From Eledone cirrhosa (taxonomy: Eukaryota), in assembly GCA_964016885.1 (NCBI GenBank), contig OZ024756.1, positions 4,464,001-4,528,000 of the forward strand: 64,000 nt of DNA, written 5' to 3'. Numbering within the stretch: the first letter of the stretch is position 1; every line of letters starts with the position of its first letter. The notes below the pieces were generated by a model. That model did not search any database. It saw nothing but the letters and a program-made list of their open reading frames with translations, and had not been told where the DNA came from. A program made the position numbers and the translations under genes. This document shows positions 32,210-48,800 of the stretch, in pieces.

Positions 32210-35200
32210 TATACTGGAGATATACTGGAGATATACTGGAGATATACTGGAGATATACTAGAGATATACTGGAGATATACTGGGGATATACTGGGGATAT
32301 ACTGTAGATATACAGGAGATATACTACAGATATACTGGATATATACTGGAGATATACTGGAGATAAACTGGAAATAAACTGGAGATATACTGGAGATTTA
32401 CTGGAGATACACTGGGGATACACTGGAGATATAGTGGAGATATACTGGAGATATACCGGCGATATACTGGAGATATACCGGCGATATACTGGAGATATAC
32501 TGGAGATATACTGGAGATATACCGGCGATATACTGGAGATATACTGGAGATATACTGGAGATAAACTGGAGATATACAGGAGATACACAGGAGATATACT
32601 GGAGATACACTGGAGATATACTGGAGATATACAGGAGATATACTGGGGATATACTGGAGATATACAGGAGATACACAGGAGATACACTGGAGATACACTG
32701 GAGATATACTGGAGATATACTGGAGATATACTGGAGATATACTGGAGATATACTGGAGATATACTAGAGATATACTGGAGATATACTGGGGATATACTGG
32801 AGATATACCGGAGAGATACTATAGATATACTGGATATATACTGTGGTTATACTGGAGATATACAGGAGATATACTGGAGATATACTGGAGATATACTGGA
32901 GATATACTGGAGATATACTGGAGATATACTGGAGATTTACTGGAGATATAGTTGAGATATACTCGAGATATACTGGAGATATACAGGAGATATACTGGAG
33001 ATATAGTGGACATATACTGGAGATATACTGGAGATATACTGAAATATAATTGGAGATATACTGCAGGTATACTGGAGATAGACTAGAGATATACTGGAGA
33101 TATACTGGATATATACTGGAGATATACTCGAGATATACTGACGATATATTGGAGATATACTAAGATATACTGGAGAAATACTGGAGATATATACTGGGGA
33201 TATACTGAAGATATACTGGGGTATACTGTAGATATACTGGGGTATACTGTAGATATACTGGAGATATACTGGAGATATACTGGAGATATACTGGAGATAT
33301 ACTGGAGATATACTGGAGATATATTGGAGATATACTAAGATATACTGGAGAAATACTGGAGATATATACTGGGGATATACTGAAGATATACTGGGGTATA
33401 CTGGAAATATACTGGAGATATACTGGAGATATACTGGAGATATATTGGAGATATACTGGAGATATACTGGATATATTCTGGAGATATATTGCAGATATAC
33501 TGGAGATATACTGGAGATATACAGGAGATATACTGGAGATATACTGGAGATATACTGGAGATATACTGGAGATATACTGGAGATATACTGGAGATATACT
33601 GGAGATATACTGGACATATACTGGAGAAATACTGGAGATATACTGGACATATACTGTAGATATACTGGAGATATACTGGAGATATACTGAAGTTATACAG
33701 AAGATATATTGGAGATATACTAAGATATAGTGTAGAAATACTGGAGATATATACTGGGGATATACTGAAGAAATACTGGGGTATACTGTAGATATACTGT
33801 AGATATACTGGAGATATACTGGGGATATACTGGAGATATACTGGAGATATACGACAGATATACTGGATATATACTGTGGTTATACTGGAGATAAACTGGA
33901 GATAAACTGGAGATATACTGGAGATATACTGGAGATTTACTGGAGATACACTGGAGATATACAGGAGATACACTGGAGATACACTGGAGATATAGTGGAG
34001 ATATACTGGAGATATACTGGAGATATCCTGGAGATATACTGGAGATATACTGGAGATATACAGGAGATATACAGGAGATACACTGGAGATACACTGGAGA
34101 TATACTGGAGATATACTGGGGATATACTGGAGATATACAGGAGATACACTGGAGATACACTGGAGATATAGTGGAGATATACAGGAGATATACTGGAGAT
34201 ATACTGGAGATATACTGGAGACATATTGAAGATATACTGTAGATATACTGGAGATATACTGGAGACATACTAGAGATATACTGGAGATATACTGGGGATA
34301 TACTGGAGATATACTGGAGAGATACTATATATATACTGGATATATACTGTGGTTATACTGGAGATATACAGGAGATATACTGGAGATATACTGGAGATAT
34401 ACTGGAGATATACTGGAGATATACTGGAGATATACTGGAGATATACTGGAGATTTACTGGAGATATAGTTGAGATATACTCGAGATATACTGGAGATATA
34501 CTGGAGATATACTGGAGATATACTGGAGATATAGTGGACATATACTGGAGATATACTGGAGATATACTGGAGATATAGTGGACATATACTGGAGATATAC
34601 GGGAGATATACTGAAATATAATTGGAGATATACTGCAGGTATACTGGAGATATACTAGAGATATACTGGAGATATACTGGAGATATACTGGACATATACG
34701 GGAGATATACTCGAGATATACTGAAGATATATTGGAGATATACTAAGATATACTGGAGAAATACTGGAGATATATACTGGGGATATACTGAAGATATACT
34801 GGGGTATACTGTAGATATACTGGATATATATACTGCAGATATACTGGGGATATACTGGAGATATACTGGGGTATACTGTAGATATACTGGGGTATACTGT
34901 AGATATACTGGAGATATACTGGAGATATACTGGAGATATACTGGAGATATACTGGAGATATACTGGAAATATACTGGAGATATACTGGAGATATACAGAA
35001 GATATATTGGAGATATACTAAGAAATACTGGGGAAATACTGGAGATATATACTGGGGATATACTGAAGATATACTGGGGTATACTGTAGATATACTGGAT
35101 ATATATACTGCAGATATACTGGGGATATACTGGAGATATACTGGAGATATACTGGAGATATACTGGAGATATACTGGAGATATACTAGAGATATACTGGA

Positions 35201-38200
35201 GATATACTGGGGATATACTGGAGATATACAGGAGATATACTACAGATATACTGGATATATACTGTGGTTATACTGGAGATAAACTGGAGATAAACTGGAG
35301 ATATACTGGAGATATACTGGAGATATACTGGAGATATAGTGGAGATATATTGAAGATATACTGTAGATATACTGGAGATATACTGGAGATATACTAGAGA
35401 TATACTGGAGATATACTGGAGATATACTGGAGATACACTGGGGATACACTGGAGATATAGTGGTGATATAATGGAGATATACTGGGGATATACTGGAGAT
35501 ATACAGGAGATACACAGGAGATACACTGGAGATATACTGGAGATATACTGGAGATATACTGGAGATATACTAGAGATATACTGGAGATATACTGGGGATA
35601 TACTGGGGATATACTGGAGATATACAGCAGATATACTACAGATATACTGGATATATACTGTGGTTATACTGGAGATATACAGGAGATATACTGGAGATAT
35701 ACTGGAGATATACTGGAGATATCCTGGAGATATACTGTAGATATACTGGACATATACTGGAGATATACTCGAGATATACTGAAGATATACTGGATATATA
35801 CTGGAGATATATACTGGGGATATATTCTAGATATACTGGGGTATACTGGAGATATACTAGGGAAATACTGGAGATATACTGGGGATATACTGGAGATATA
35901 TTGGAGATATACTGGAGATATACTGGATATATTCTGGAGATATACTGCAGATATACTGGAGATACACTGGAGATACACTGGAGATATAGTGGAGATATAG
36001 AGGAGATATACTGGAGATATACTGGAGATATACTGGAGATATACTGGAGATATTCTGGACATATACTGGAGATATACTCGAGATATACTGAAGATATATT
36101 GGAGATATACGAAGATATACTGGAGAAATACTGGAGATATATACTGGGGATATACTGAAGATATACTGGGGTATACTATAGATATACTGGGGTATACTGT
36201 AGATATACTGGAGATATACTGGAGATATACTGGAGATATACTGGAGATATACTGGAGACATATTGAAGATATACTCTAGATATACTGGAGATATACTGGA
36301 GATATACTGGAGGTATACTGGAGATATACTGGAGATATACTGGGGATATACTGGAGATATACAGAAGATATATTGGAGATAAACTAAGATATACTGGAGA
36401 TATACTGGAGATATACAGAAGATATATTGGAGATATACTAAGATATACTGGAGATATACTGGAGATATACTGGAGGTATACTGGAGATATACTGGAGATA
36501 TACTGGGGATATACTGGAGATATACTGGAGACATATTGAAGATATACTGGAGATATACTGGATATATACTGGAGATATACTGGAGGTATACTGGAGATAT
36601 ACTGGAGATATACTGGGGATATACTGGAGATATACAGAAGATATATTGGAGATAAACTAAGATATACTGGAGATATACTGGAGATATACAGAAGATATAT
36701 TGGAGATATACTAAGATATAGTGGAGAAATACTGGAGATATATACTGGGGATATACTGAAGATATACTGGGGTATACTGTAGATATACTGTAGATATACT
36801 GGAGATATACTGGGGATATACTGGAGATATACTGGAGATATACTGGAGATATACTGGAGATATACTGGGGATATACTAGAGATATACTGGAGATATACTG
36901 GGGATATACTGGAGATATACAGGAGATATACTACAGATATACTGGATATATACTGTGGTTATACTGGAGATAAACTGGAGATAAACTGGAGATAAACTGG
37001 AAATAAACTGGAGATATACTGGAGATATACTGGAGATTTACTGGAGATATACTGGAGATATACTGGAGATATACTGGAGACATATTGAAGATATACTGTA
37101 GATATACTGGAGATATACTGGAGATATACTAGAGATATACTGGAGATTTACTGGGGATATACTGGAGATATACAGGAGAGATACTATAGATATACTGGAT
37201 ATATACTGTGGTTATACTGGAGATATACAGGAGATATACTGGAGATTTACTGGAGATATACTGGAGATATACTGGAGATATAGGGGACATATACTGGAGA
37301 TATACGGGAGATATACTGAAATATAATTGGAGATATACTGCAGGTATACTGGAGATATACTAGAGATATACTGGAGATATACTGGACATATACTGGAGAT
37401 ATACTCGAGATATACTGAAGATATATTGGAGATATACTAAGATATACTGGAGAAATACTGGAGATATATACTGGGGATATACTGAAGATATACTGGGGTA
37501 TACTGTAGATATACTGGGATATACTGTAGATATACTGGAGATATACTGGAGATATACTGGAGATATACTGGAGATATACTAGAGATATACTGGAGATATA
37601 CTGGGGATATACTGGGGATATACTGTAGATATACAGGAGATATACTACAGATATACTGGATATATACTGGAGATATACTGGAGATAAACTGGAAATAAAC
37701 TGGAGATATACTGGAGATTTACTGGAGATACACTGGGGATACACTGGAGATATAGTGGAGATATACTGGAGATATACCGGCGATATACTGGAGATATACC
37801 GGCGATATACTGGAGATATACTGGAGATATACTGGAGATATACCGGCGATATACTGGAGATATACTGGAGATATACTGGAGATAAACTGGAGATATACAG
37901 GAGATACACAGGAGATATACTGGAGATACACTGGAGATATACTGGAGATATACAGGAGATATACTGGGGATATACTGGAGATATACAGGAGATACACAGG
38001 AGATACACTGGAGATACACTGGAGATATACTGGAGATATACTGGAGATATACTGGAGATATACTGGAGATATACTGGAGATATACTAGAGATATACTGGA
38101 GATATACTGGGGATATACTGGAGATATACCGGAGAGATACTATAGATATACTGGATATATACTGTGGTTATACTGGAGATATACAGGAGATATACTGGAG

Positions 38201-41200
38201 ATATACTGGAGATATACTGGAGATATACTGGAGATATACTGGAGATATACTGGAGATTTACTGGAGATATAGTTGAGATATACTCGAGATATACTGGAGA
38301 TATACAGGAGATATACTGGAGATATAGTGGACATATACTGGAGATATACTGGAGATATACTGAAATATAATTGGAGATATACTGCAGGTATACTGGAGAT
38401 AGACTAGAGATATACTGGAGATATACTGGATATATACTGGAGATATACTCGAGATATACTGACGATATATTGGAGATATACTAAGATATACTGGAGAAAT
38501 ACTGGAGATATATACTGGGGATATACTGAAGATATACTGGGGTATACTGTAGATATACTGGGGTATACTGTAGATATACTGGAGATATACTGGAGATATA
38601 CTGGAGATATACTGGAGATATACTGGAGATATACTGGAGATATATTGGAGATATACTAAGATATACTGGAGAAATACTGGAGATATATACTGGGGATATA
38701 CTGAAGATATACTGGGGTATACTGGAAATATACTGGAGATATACTGGAGATATACTGGAGATATATTGGAGATATACTGGAGATATACTGGATATATTCT
38801 GGAGATATATTGCAGATATACTGGAGATATACTGGAGATATACAGGAGATATACTGGAGATATACTGGAGATATACTGGAGATATACTGGAGATATACTG
38901 GAGATATACTGGAGATATACTGGAGATATACTGGACATATACTGGAGAAATACTGGAGATATACTGGACATATACTGTAGATATACTGGAGATATACTGG
39001 AGATATACTGAAGTTATACAGAAGATATATTGGAGATATACTAAGATATAGTGTAGAAATACTGGAGATATATACTGGGGATATACTGAAGAAATACTGG
39101 GGTATACTGTAGATATACTGTAGATATACTGGAGATATACTGGGGATATACTGGAGATATACTGGAGATATACGACAGATATACTGGATATATACTGTGG
39201 TTATACTGGAGATAAACTGGAGATAAACTGGAGATATACTGGAGATATACTGGAGATTTACTGGAGATACACTGGAGATATACAGGAGATACACTGGAGA
39301 TACACTGGAGATATAGTGGAGATATACTGGAGATATACTGGAGATATCCTGGAGATATACTGGAGATATACTGGAGATATACAGGAGATATACAGGAGAT
39401 ACACTGGAGATACACTGGAGATATACTGGAGATATACTGGGGATATACTGGAGATATACAGGAGATACACTGGAGATACACTGGAGATATAGTGGAGATA
39501 TACAGGAGATATACTGGAGATATACTGGAGATATACTGGAGACATATTGAAGATATACTGTAGATATACTGGAGATATACTGGAGACATACTAGAGATAT
39601 ACTGGAGATATACTGGGGATATACTGGAGATATACTGGAGAGATACTATATATATACTGGATATATACTGTGGTTATACTGGAGATATACAGGAGATATA
39701 CTGGAGATATACTGGAGATATACTGGAGATATACTGGAGATATACTGGAGATATACTGGAGATATACTGGAGATTTACTGGAGATATAGTTGAGATATAC
39801 TCGAGATATACTGGAGATATACTGGAGATATACTGGAGATATACTGGAGATATAGTGGACATATACTGGAGATATACTGGAGATATACTGGAGATATAGT
39901 GGACATATACTGGAGATATACGGGAGATATACTGAAATATAATTGGAGATATACTGCAGGTATACTGGAGATATACTAGAGATATACTGGAGATATACTG
40001 GAGATATACTGGACATATACGGGAGATATACTCGAGATATACTGAAGATATATTGGAGATATACTAAGATATACTGGAGAAATACTGGAGATATATACTG
40101 GGGATATACTGAAGATATACTGGGGTATACTGTAGATATACTGGATATATATACTGCAGATATACTGGGGATATACTGGAGATATACTGGGGTATACTGT
40201 AGATATACTGGGGTATACTGTAGATATACTGGAGATATACTGGAGATATACTGGAGATATACTGGAGATATACTGGAGATATACTGGAAATATACTGGAG
40301 ATATACTGGAGATATACAGAAGATATATTGGAGATATACTAAGAAATACTGGGGAAATACTGGAGATATATACTGGGGATATACTGAAGATATACTGGGG
40401 TATACTGTAGATATACTGGATATATATACTGCAGATATACTGGGGATATACTGGAGATATACTGGAGATATACTGGAGATATACTGGAGATATACTGGAG
40501 ATATACTAGAGATATACTGGAGATATACTGGGGATATACTGGAGATATACAGGAGATATACTACAGATATACTGGATATATACTGTGGTTATACTGGAGA
40601 TAAACTGGAGATAAACTGGAGATATACTGGAGATATACTGGAGATATACTGGAGATATAGTGGAGATATATTGAAGATATACTGTAGATATACTGGAGAT
40701 ATACTGGAGATATACTAGAGATATACTGGAGATATACTGGAGATATACTGGAGATACACTGGGGATACACTGGAGATATAGTGGTGATATAATGGAGATA
40801 TACTGGGGATATACTGGAGATATACAGGAGATACACAGGAGATACACTGGAGATATACTGGAGATATACTGGAGATATACTGGAGATATACTAGAGATAT
40901 ACTGGAGATATACTGGGGATATACTGGGGATATACTGGAGATATACAGCAGATATACTACAGATATACTGGATATATACTGTGGTTATACTGGAGATATA
41001 CAGGAGATATACTGGAGATATACTGGAGATATACTGGAGATATCCTGGAGATATACTGTAGATATACTGGACATATACTGGAGATATACTCGAGATATAC
41101 TGAAGATATACTGGATATATACTGGAGATATATACTGGGGATATATTCTAGATATACTGGGGTATACTGGAGATATACTAGGGAAATACTGGAGATATAC

Positions 41201-42880
41201 TGGGGATATACTGGAGATATATTGGAGATATACTGGAGATATACTGGATATATTCTGGAGATATACTGCAGATATACTGGAGATACACTGGAGATACACT
41301 GGAGATATAGTGGAGATATAGAGGAGATATACTGGAGATATACTGGAGATATACTGGAGATATACTGGAGATATTCTGGACATATACTGGAGATATACTC
41401 GAGATATACTGAAGATATATTGGAGATATACGAAGATATACTGGAGAAATACTGGAGATATATACTGGGGATATACTGAAGATATACTGGGGTATACTAT
41501 AGATATACTGGGGTATACTGTAGATATACTGGAGATATACTGGAGATATACTGGAGATATACTGGAGATATACTGGAGACATATTGAAGATATACTCTAG
41601 ATATACTGGAGATATACTGGAGATATACTGGAGGTATACTGGAGATATACTGGAGATATACTGGGGATATACTGGAGATATACAGAAGATATATTGGAGA
41701 TAAACTAAGATATACTGGAGATATACTGGAGATATACAGAAGATATATTGGAGATATACTAAGATATACTGGAGATATACTGGAGATATACTGGAGGTAT
41801 ACTGGAGATATACTGGAGATATACTGGGGATATACTGGAGATATACTGGAGACATATTGAAGATATACTGGAGATATACTGGATATATACTGGAGATATA
41901 CTGGAGGTATACTGGAGATATACTGGAGATATACTGGGGATATACTGGAGATATACAGAAGATATATTGGAGATAAACTAAGATATACTGGAGATATACT
42001 GGAGATATACAGAAGATATATTGGAGATATACTAAGATATAGTGGAGAAATACTGGAGATATATACTGGGGATATACTGAAGATATACTGGGGTATACTG
42101 TAGATATACTGTAGATATACTGGAGATATACTGGGGATATACTGGAGATATACTGGAGATATACTGGAGATATACTGGAGATATACTGGGGATATACTAG
42201 AGATATACTGGAGATATACTGGGGATATACTGGAGATATACAGGAGATATACTACAGATATACTGGATATATACTGTGGTTATACTGGAGATAAACTGGA
42301 GATAAACTGGAGATAAACTGGAAATAAACTGGAGATATACTGGAGATATACTGGAGATTTACTGGAGATATACTGGAGATATACTGGAGATATACTGGAG
42401 ACATATTGAAGATATACTGTAGATATACTGGAGATATACTGGAGATATACTAGAGATATACTGGAGATTTACTGGGGATATACTGGAGATATACAGGAGA
42501 GATACTATAGATATACTGGATATATACTGTGGTTATACTGGAGATATACAGGAGATATACTGGAGATTTACTGGAGATATACTGGAGATATACTGGAGAT
42601 ATAGGGGACATATACTGGAGATATACGGGAGATATACTGAAATATAATTGGAGATATACTGCAGGTATACTGGAGATATACTAGAGATATACTGGAGATA
42701 TACTGGACATATACTGGAGATATACTCGAGATATACTGAAGATATATTGGAGATATACTAAGATATACTGGAGAAATACTGGAGATATATACTGGGGATA
42801 TACTGAAGATATACTGGGGTATACTGTAGATATACTGGGATATACTGTAGATATACTGGAGATATACTGGAGATATACTG
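32210..42880 (+). repeat. Near-perfect tandem duplication of a 5,321-bp unit (~32210-37530 and ~37531-42880)
   Basis: All listed ORFs from 32324 to 35901 recur with the same translation exactly 5321 bp later (e.g. 32324/37645, 33720/39041, 34622/39943, 35857/41178). Private variants are shared: CCGGCG at 32456/37777 and ATAGGGGACAT at 37280/42601. Confidence 0.95.
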
Positions 42881-45800
42881 GAGACATATTGAAGATATAC
42901 TGTAGATATACTGGAGATATACTGGAGATATACTAGAGATATACTGGAGATATACTGGGGATATACTGAAGATATACAGGAGAGATACTATAGATATACT
43001 GGATATATACTGTGGTTATACTGGAGATATACAGGAGATATACTGGAGATATACTGGAGATATACTGGAGATATACTGGAGATATACTGGAGATATAGTG
43101 GACATATACTGGAGATATACTGGAGATATACTGGAGATATAGTGGACATATACTGGAGATATACGGGAGATATACTGAAATATAATTGGAGATATACTGC
43201 AGGTATACTGGAGAAATACTGGAGATATATACTGGGGATATACTGAAGATATACTGGGGTATACTGTAGATATACTGGGGTATACTGTAGATATACTGGA
43301 GATATACTGGAGATATACTGGAGATATACTGGAGATATACTGGAGATATACTGGAAATATACTGGAGATATACTGGAGATATACTGGACATATACTGGAG
43401 ATATACTGGACATATACTGGAGATATACTGGAAATATAGTGGAGATATACTGGAGATATACAGAAGATATATTGGAGATATACTAAGATATACTGGAGAA
43501 ATACTGGAGATATATACTGGGGATATACTGAAGATATACTGGGGTATACTGTAGATATACTGGGGTATACTGTAGATATACTGGAGATATACTGGAGATA
43601 TACTCGAGATATACTGGAGATATACTGGATATATACTGGAAATATATTGGAGATATACTGGAGATATACAGAAGATATATTGGAGATATACTAAGATATA
43701 CTGGGGAAATACTGGAGATATATACTGGGGATATACTGAAGATATACTGGGGTATACTGTAGATATACTGGATATATATACTGCAGATATACTGGGGATA
43801 TACTGGAGATATACTGGAGATATACTGGAGATATACTGGAGATATACTGGAGATATACTAGAGATATACTGGAGATATACTGGGTATATACTGGAGATAT
43901 ACAGGAGATATACTACAGATATACTGGATATATACTGTGGTTATACTGGAGATAAACTGGAGATAAACTGGAGATATACTGGAGATATACTGGAGATATA
44001 CTGGAGATATACTGGAGATACACTGGGGATACACTGGAGATATAGTGGTGATATAATGGAGATATACTGGGGATATACTGGAGATACACAGGAGATACAC
44101 TGGAGATATAGTGGTGATATAATGGAGATATACTGGAGATATACAGGAGATACACAGGAGATACACTGGAGATATAGTGGAGATATAGTGGAGATATACT
44201 GGAGATATACTGGAGATATACTGGAGATATACTGGAGACATATTGAAGATATACTGTAGATATACTGGAGATATACTGGGGATATACTGGAGATATACTA
44301 GAGATATACTGGATATATACTGTGGTTATACTGGAGATATACAGGAGATATACTGGAGATATACTGGAGATATACTGGAGATATCCTGGAGATATACTGG
44401 AGATATACTGGAGATTTACTGGAGATATAGTCGAGATATACTCGAGATATACTGGATATATACTGGAGATATACTGGAGATATACTGGAGATATACTGGA
44501 GATATACTGGAGATATACTGGAGATATACTGGAGATATACAGAAGATATATTGGAGATATACTAAGATATAGTGGAGAAATACTGGAGATATATACTGGG
44601 GATATACTGTAGATATACTGTAGATATACTGGAGATATACTGGGGATATACTGGAGATATACTGGAGATATACTGGAGATATACTGGAGATATACTGGAG
44701 ATATACTAGAGATATACTGGAGATATACTGGGGATATACTGGAGATATACAGGAGATATACTACAGATATACTGGAGATATACTGGGGATATACTGGAGA
44801 TAAACTGGAGATAAACTGGAGATAAACTGGAAATAAACTGGAGATATACTGGAGATATACTGGAGATATACTGGAGATATACTGGAGGTATACTGGAGAT
44901 ATACTGGAGATATACTGGACATATACTGGAGATATACTGGAAATATACTGGAGATATACTGGAGATATACAGAAGATATATTGGAGATATACTAAGATAT
45001 AATGTAGAAATACTGGAGATATATACTGGGGATATACTGAAGATATACTGGGGTATACTGGAAATATACTGGAGATATACTGGATATATACTGGAGATAT
45101 ATTGGAGATATACCGGAAATATACTGGATATATTCTGGAGATATATTGCAGATATACTGGAGATAAACTGGAGATACACTGGAGATATAGTGAAGATATA
45201 CTGGAGATATACTGGAGATATTCTGGACATATACTGGAGATATACTCGAGATATACTGAAGATATATTAGAGATATATGAAGATATACTGGAGAAATACT
45301 GGAGATATATACTGGGGATATACTGAAGATATACTGGGGTATACTGTAGATATACTGGGGTATACTGTAGATATACTAGAGATATACTGGAGATATACTG
45401 GAGATATACTGGAGATATACTGGAGATATACTGGAGATATACTGGAGATATACTGGAGATATACTGGACATATACTGTAGATATACTGGAGATATACTGA
45501 AGTTATATAGAAGATATATTGGAGATATACTAAGATATAGTGTAGAAATACTGGAGATATATACTGGGGATATACTGAAGATATACTGGGGTATACTGTA
45601 GATATACTGTAGATATACTGGAGATATACTGGGGATATACTGGAGATATACTGGAGATATACTGGAGATATACTGGAGATATACAGGAGATATACTACAG
45701 ATATACTGGATATATACTGTGGTTATACTGGAGATAAACTGGAGATAAACTGGAGATAAGCTGGAGATAAACTGGAGATATACTGGAGATATACTGGAGA

Positions 45801-48800
45801 TATACTGGAGATATACTGGAGATATACTGGAGATATACAGGAGATATACAGGAGATACACTGGAGATACACTGGAGATATACTGGAGATATACTGGGGAT
45901 ATACTGGAGATATACAGGAGATACACTGGAGACATATTGAAGATATACTGTAGATATACTGGAGATATACTGGAGATATACTAGAGATATACTGGAGATA
46001 TACTGGGGATATACTGGAGATATACAGGAGAGATACTATAGATATACTGGATATATACTGTGGTTATACTGGAGATATACAGGAGATATACTGGAGATAT
46101 ACTGGAGATATACTGGAGATATACTGGAGATATACTGGAGATATACTGGAGATTTACTGGAGATATAGTTGAGATATACTCGAGATATACTGGAGATATA
46201 CTGGAGATATACTGGAGATATACTGGAGATATAGTGGACATATACTGGAGATATACTGGAGATATACTGGAGATATAGTGGACATATACTGGAGATATAC
46301 AGGAGATATACTGAAATATAATTGGAGATATACTGCAGGTATACTGGAGATATACTAGAGATATACTGGAGATATACTGGACATATACTGGAGATATACT
46401 CGAGATATACTGAAGATATATTGGAGATATACTAAGATATACTGGAGAAATACTGGAGATATATACTGGGGATATACTGAAGATATACTGGGGTATACTG
46501 CAGATATACTGGGGTATACTGTAGATATACTGGAGATATACTGGAGATATACTGGAGATATACTGGAGATATACTGGAAATATACTGGAGATATACTGGA
46601 GATATACTGGAGATATACTGGAGATATACTGGACATATACTGGACATATACTGGAGATATACTGGAAATATACTGGAGATATACTGGAGATATACAGAAG
46701 ATATATTGGAGATATACTAAGATATACTGGAGAAATACTGGAGATATATACTGGGGATATACTGAAGATATACTGGGGTATACTGTAGATATACTGGATA
46801 TATACTGGAGATATACTGGGGATATACTGGAGATATACTGGAGATATACTGGAGATATGCTGGAGATATACTGGAGATATACTGGAGATATACTAGAGAT
46901 ATACTGGAGATATACTGGGGATATACTGGAGATATACAGGAGATATACTACAGATATACTGGATATATACTGTGGTTATACTGGAGATAAACTGGAGATA
47001 AACTGGAGATATACTGGAGATATACTGGAGATATACTGGAGATATACGGGAGATATACTGGAGATATACTGGAGATATACTGGAGATATACTGGAGATAT
47101 ACTGGAGATACACTGGGGATACACTGGAGATATAGTGGTGATATACTGGAGATATACTGGGGATATACTGGAAATCTACAGGAGATAAACAGGAGATACA
47201 CTGGAGATATAGTGGAGATATAGTGGATATATACTGGAGATATATTGGAGATATACCGGAAATATACTGGATATATTCTGGAGATATATTGCAGATATAC
47301 TGGAGATAAACTGGAGATACACTGGAGATATAGTGAAGATATACTGGAGATATACTGGAGATATTCTGGACATATACTGGAGATATACTCGAGATATACT
47401 GAAGATATATTAGAGATATATGAAGATATACTGGAGAAATACTGGAGATATATACTGGGGATATACTGAAGATATACTGGGGTATACTGTAGATATACTG
47501 GGGTATACTGTAGATATACTAGAGATATACTGGAGATATACTGGAGATATACTGGAGATATACTGGAGATATAGTGGACATATACTGGAGATATACTGGA
47601 GATATACTGGAGATATAGTGGACATATACTGGAGATATACAGGAGATATACTGAAATATAATTGGAGATATACTGCAGGTATACTGGAGATATACTAGAG
47701 ATATACTGGAGATATATACTGGGGATATACTGAAGATATACTGGGGTATACTGTAGATATACTGGAGTATACTGTAGATATACTAGAGATATACTGGAGA
47801 TATACTGGAGATATACTGGAGATATACTGGAGATATACTGGAGATATACTGGAGATATACTGGAGATATACTGGACATATACTGTAGATATACTGGAGAT
47901 ATACTGAAGTTATATAGAAGATATATTGGAGATATACTAAGATATAGTGTAGAAATACTGGAGATATATACTGGGGATATACTGAAGATATACTGGGGTA
48001 TACTGTAGATATACTGTAGATATACTGGAGATATACTGGGGATATACTGGAGATATACTGGAGATATACTGGAGATATACTGGAGATATACAGGAGATAT
48101 ACTACAGATATACTGGATATATACTGTGGTTATACTGGAGATAAACTGGAGATAAACTGGAGATAAGCTGGAGATAAACTGGAGATATACTGGAGATATA
48201 CTGGAGATATACTGGAGATATACTGGAGATATACTGGAGATATACAGGAGATATACAGGAGATACACTGGAGATACACTGGAGATATACTGGAGATATAC
48301 TGGGGATATACTGGAGATATACAGGAGATACACTGGAGACATATTGAAGATATACTGTAGATATACTGGAGATATACTGGAGATATACTAGAGATATACT
48401 GGAGATATACTGGGGATATACTGGAGATATACAGGAGAGATACTATAGATATACTGGATATATACTGTGGTTATACTGGAGATATACAGGAGATATACTG
48501 GAGATATACTGGAGATATACTGGAGATATACTGGAGATATACTGGAGATATACTGGAGATTTACTGGAGATATAGTTGAGATATACTCGAGATATACTGG
48601 AGATATACTGGAGATATACTGGAGATATACTGGAGATATAGTGGACATATACTGGAGATATACTGGAGATATACTGGAGATATAGTGGACATATACTGGA
48701 GATATACAGGAGATATACTGAAATATAATTGGAGATATACTGCAGGTATACTGGAGATATACTAGAGATATACTGGAGATATACTGGACATATACTGGAG

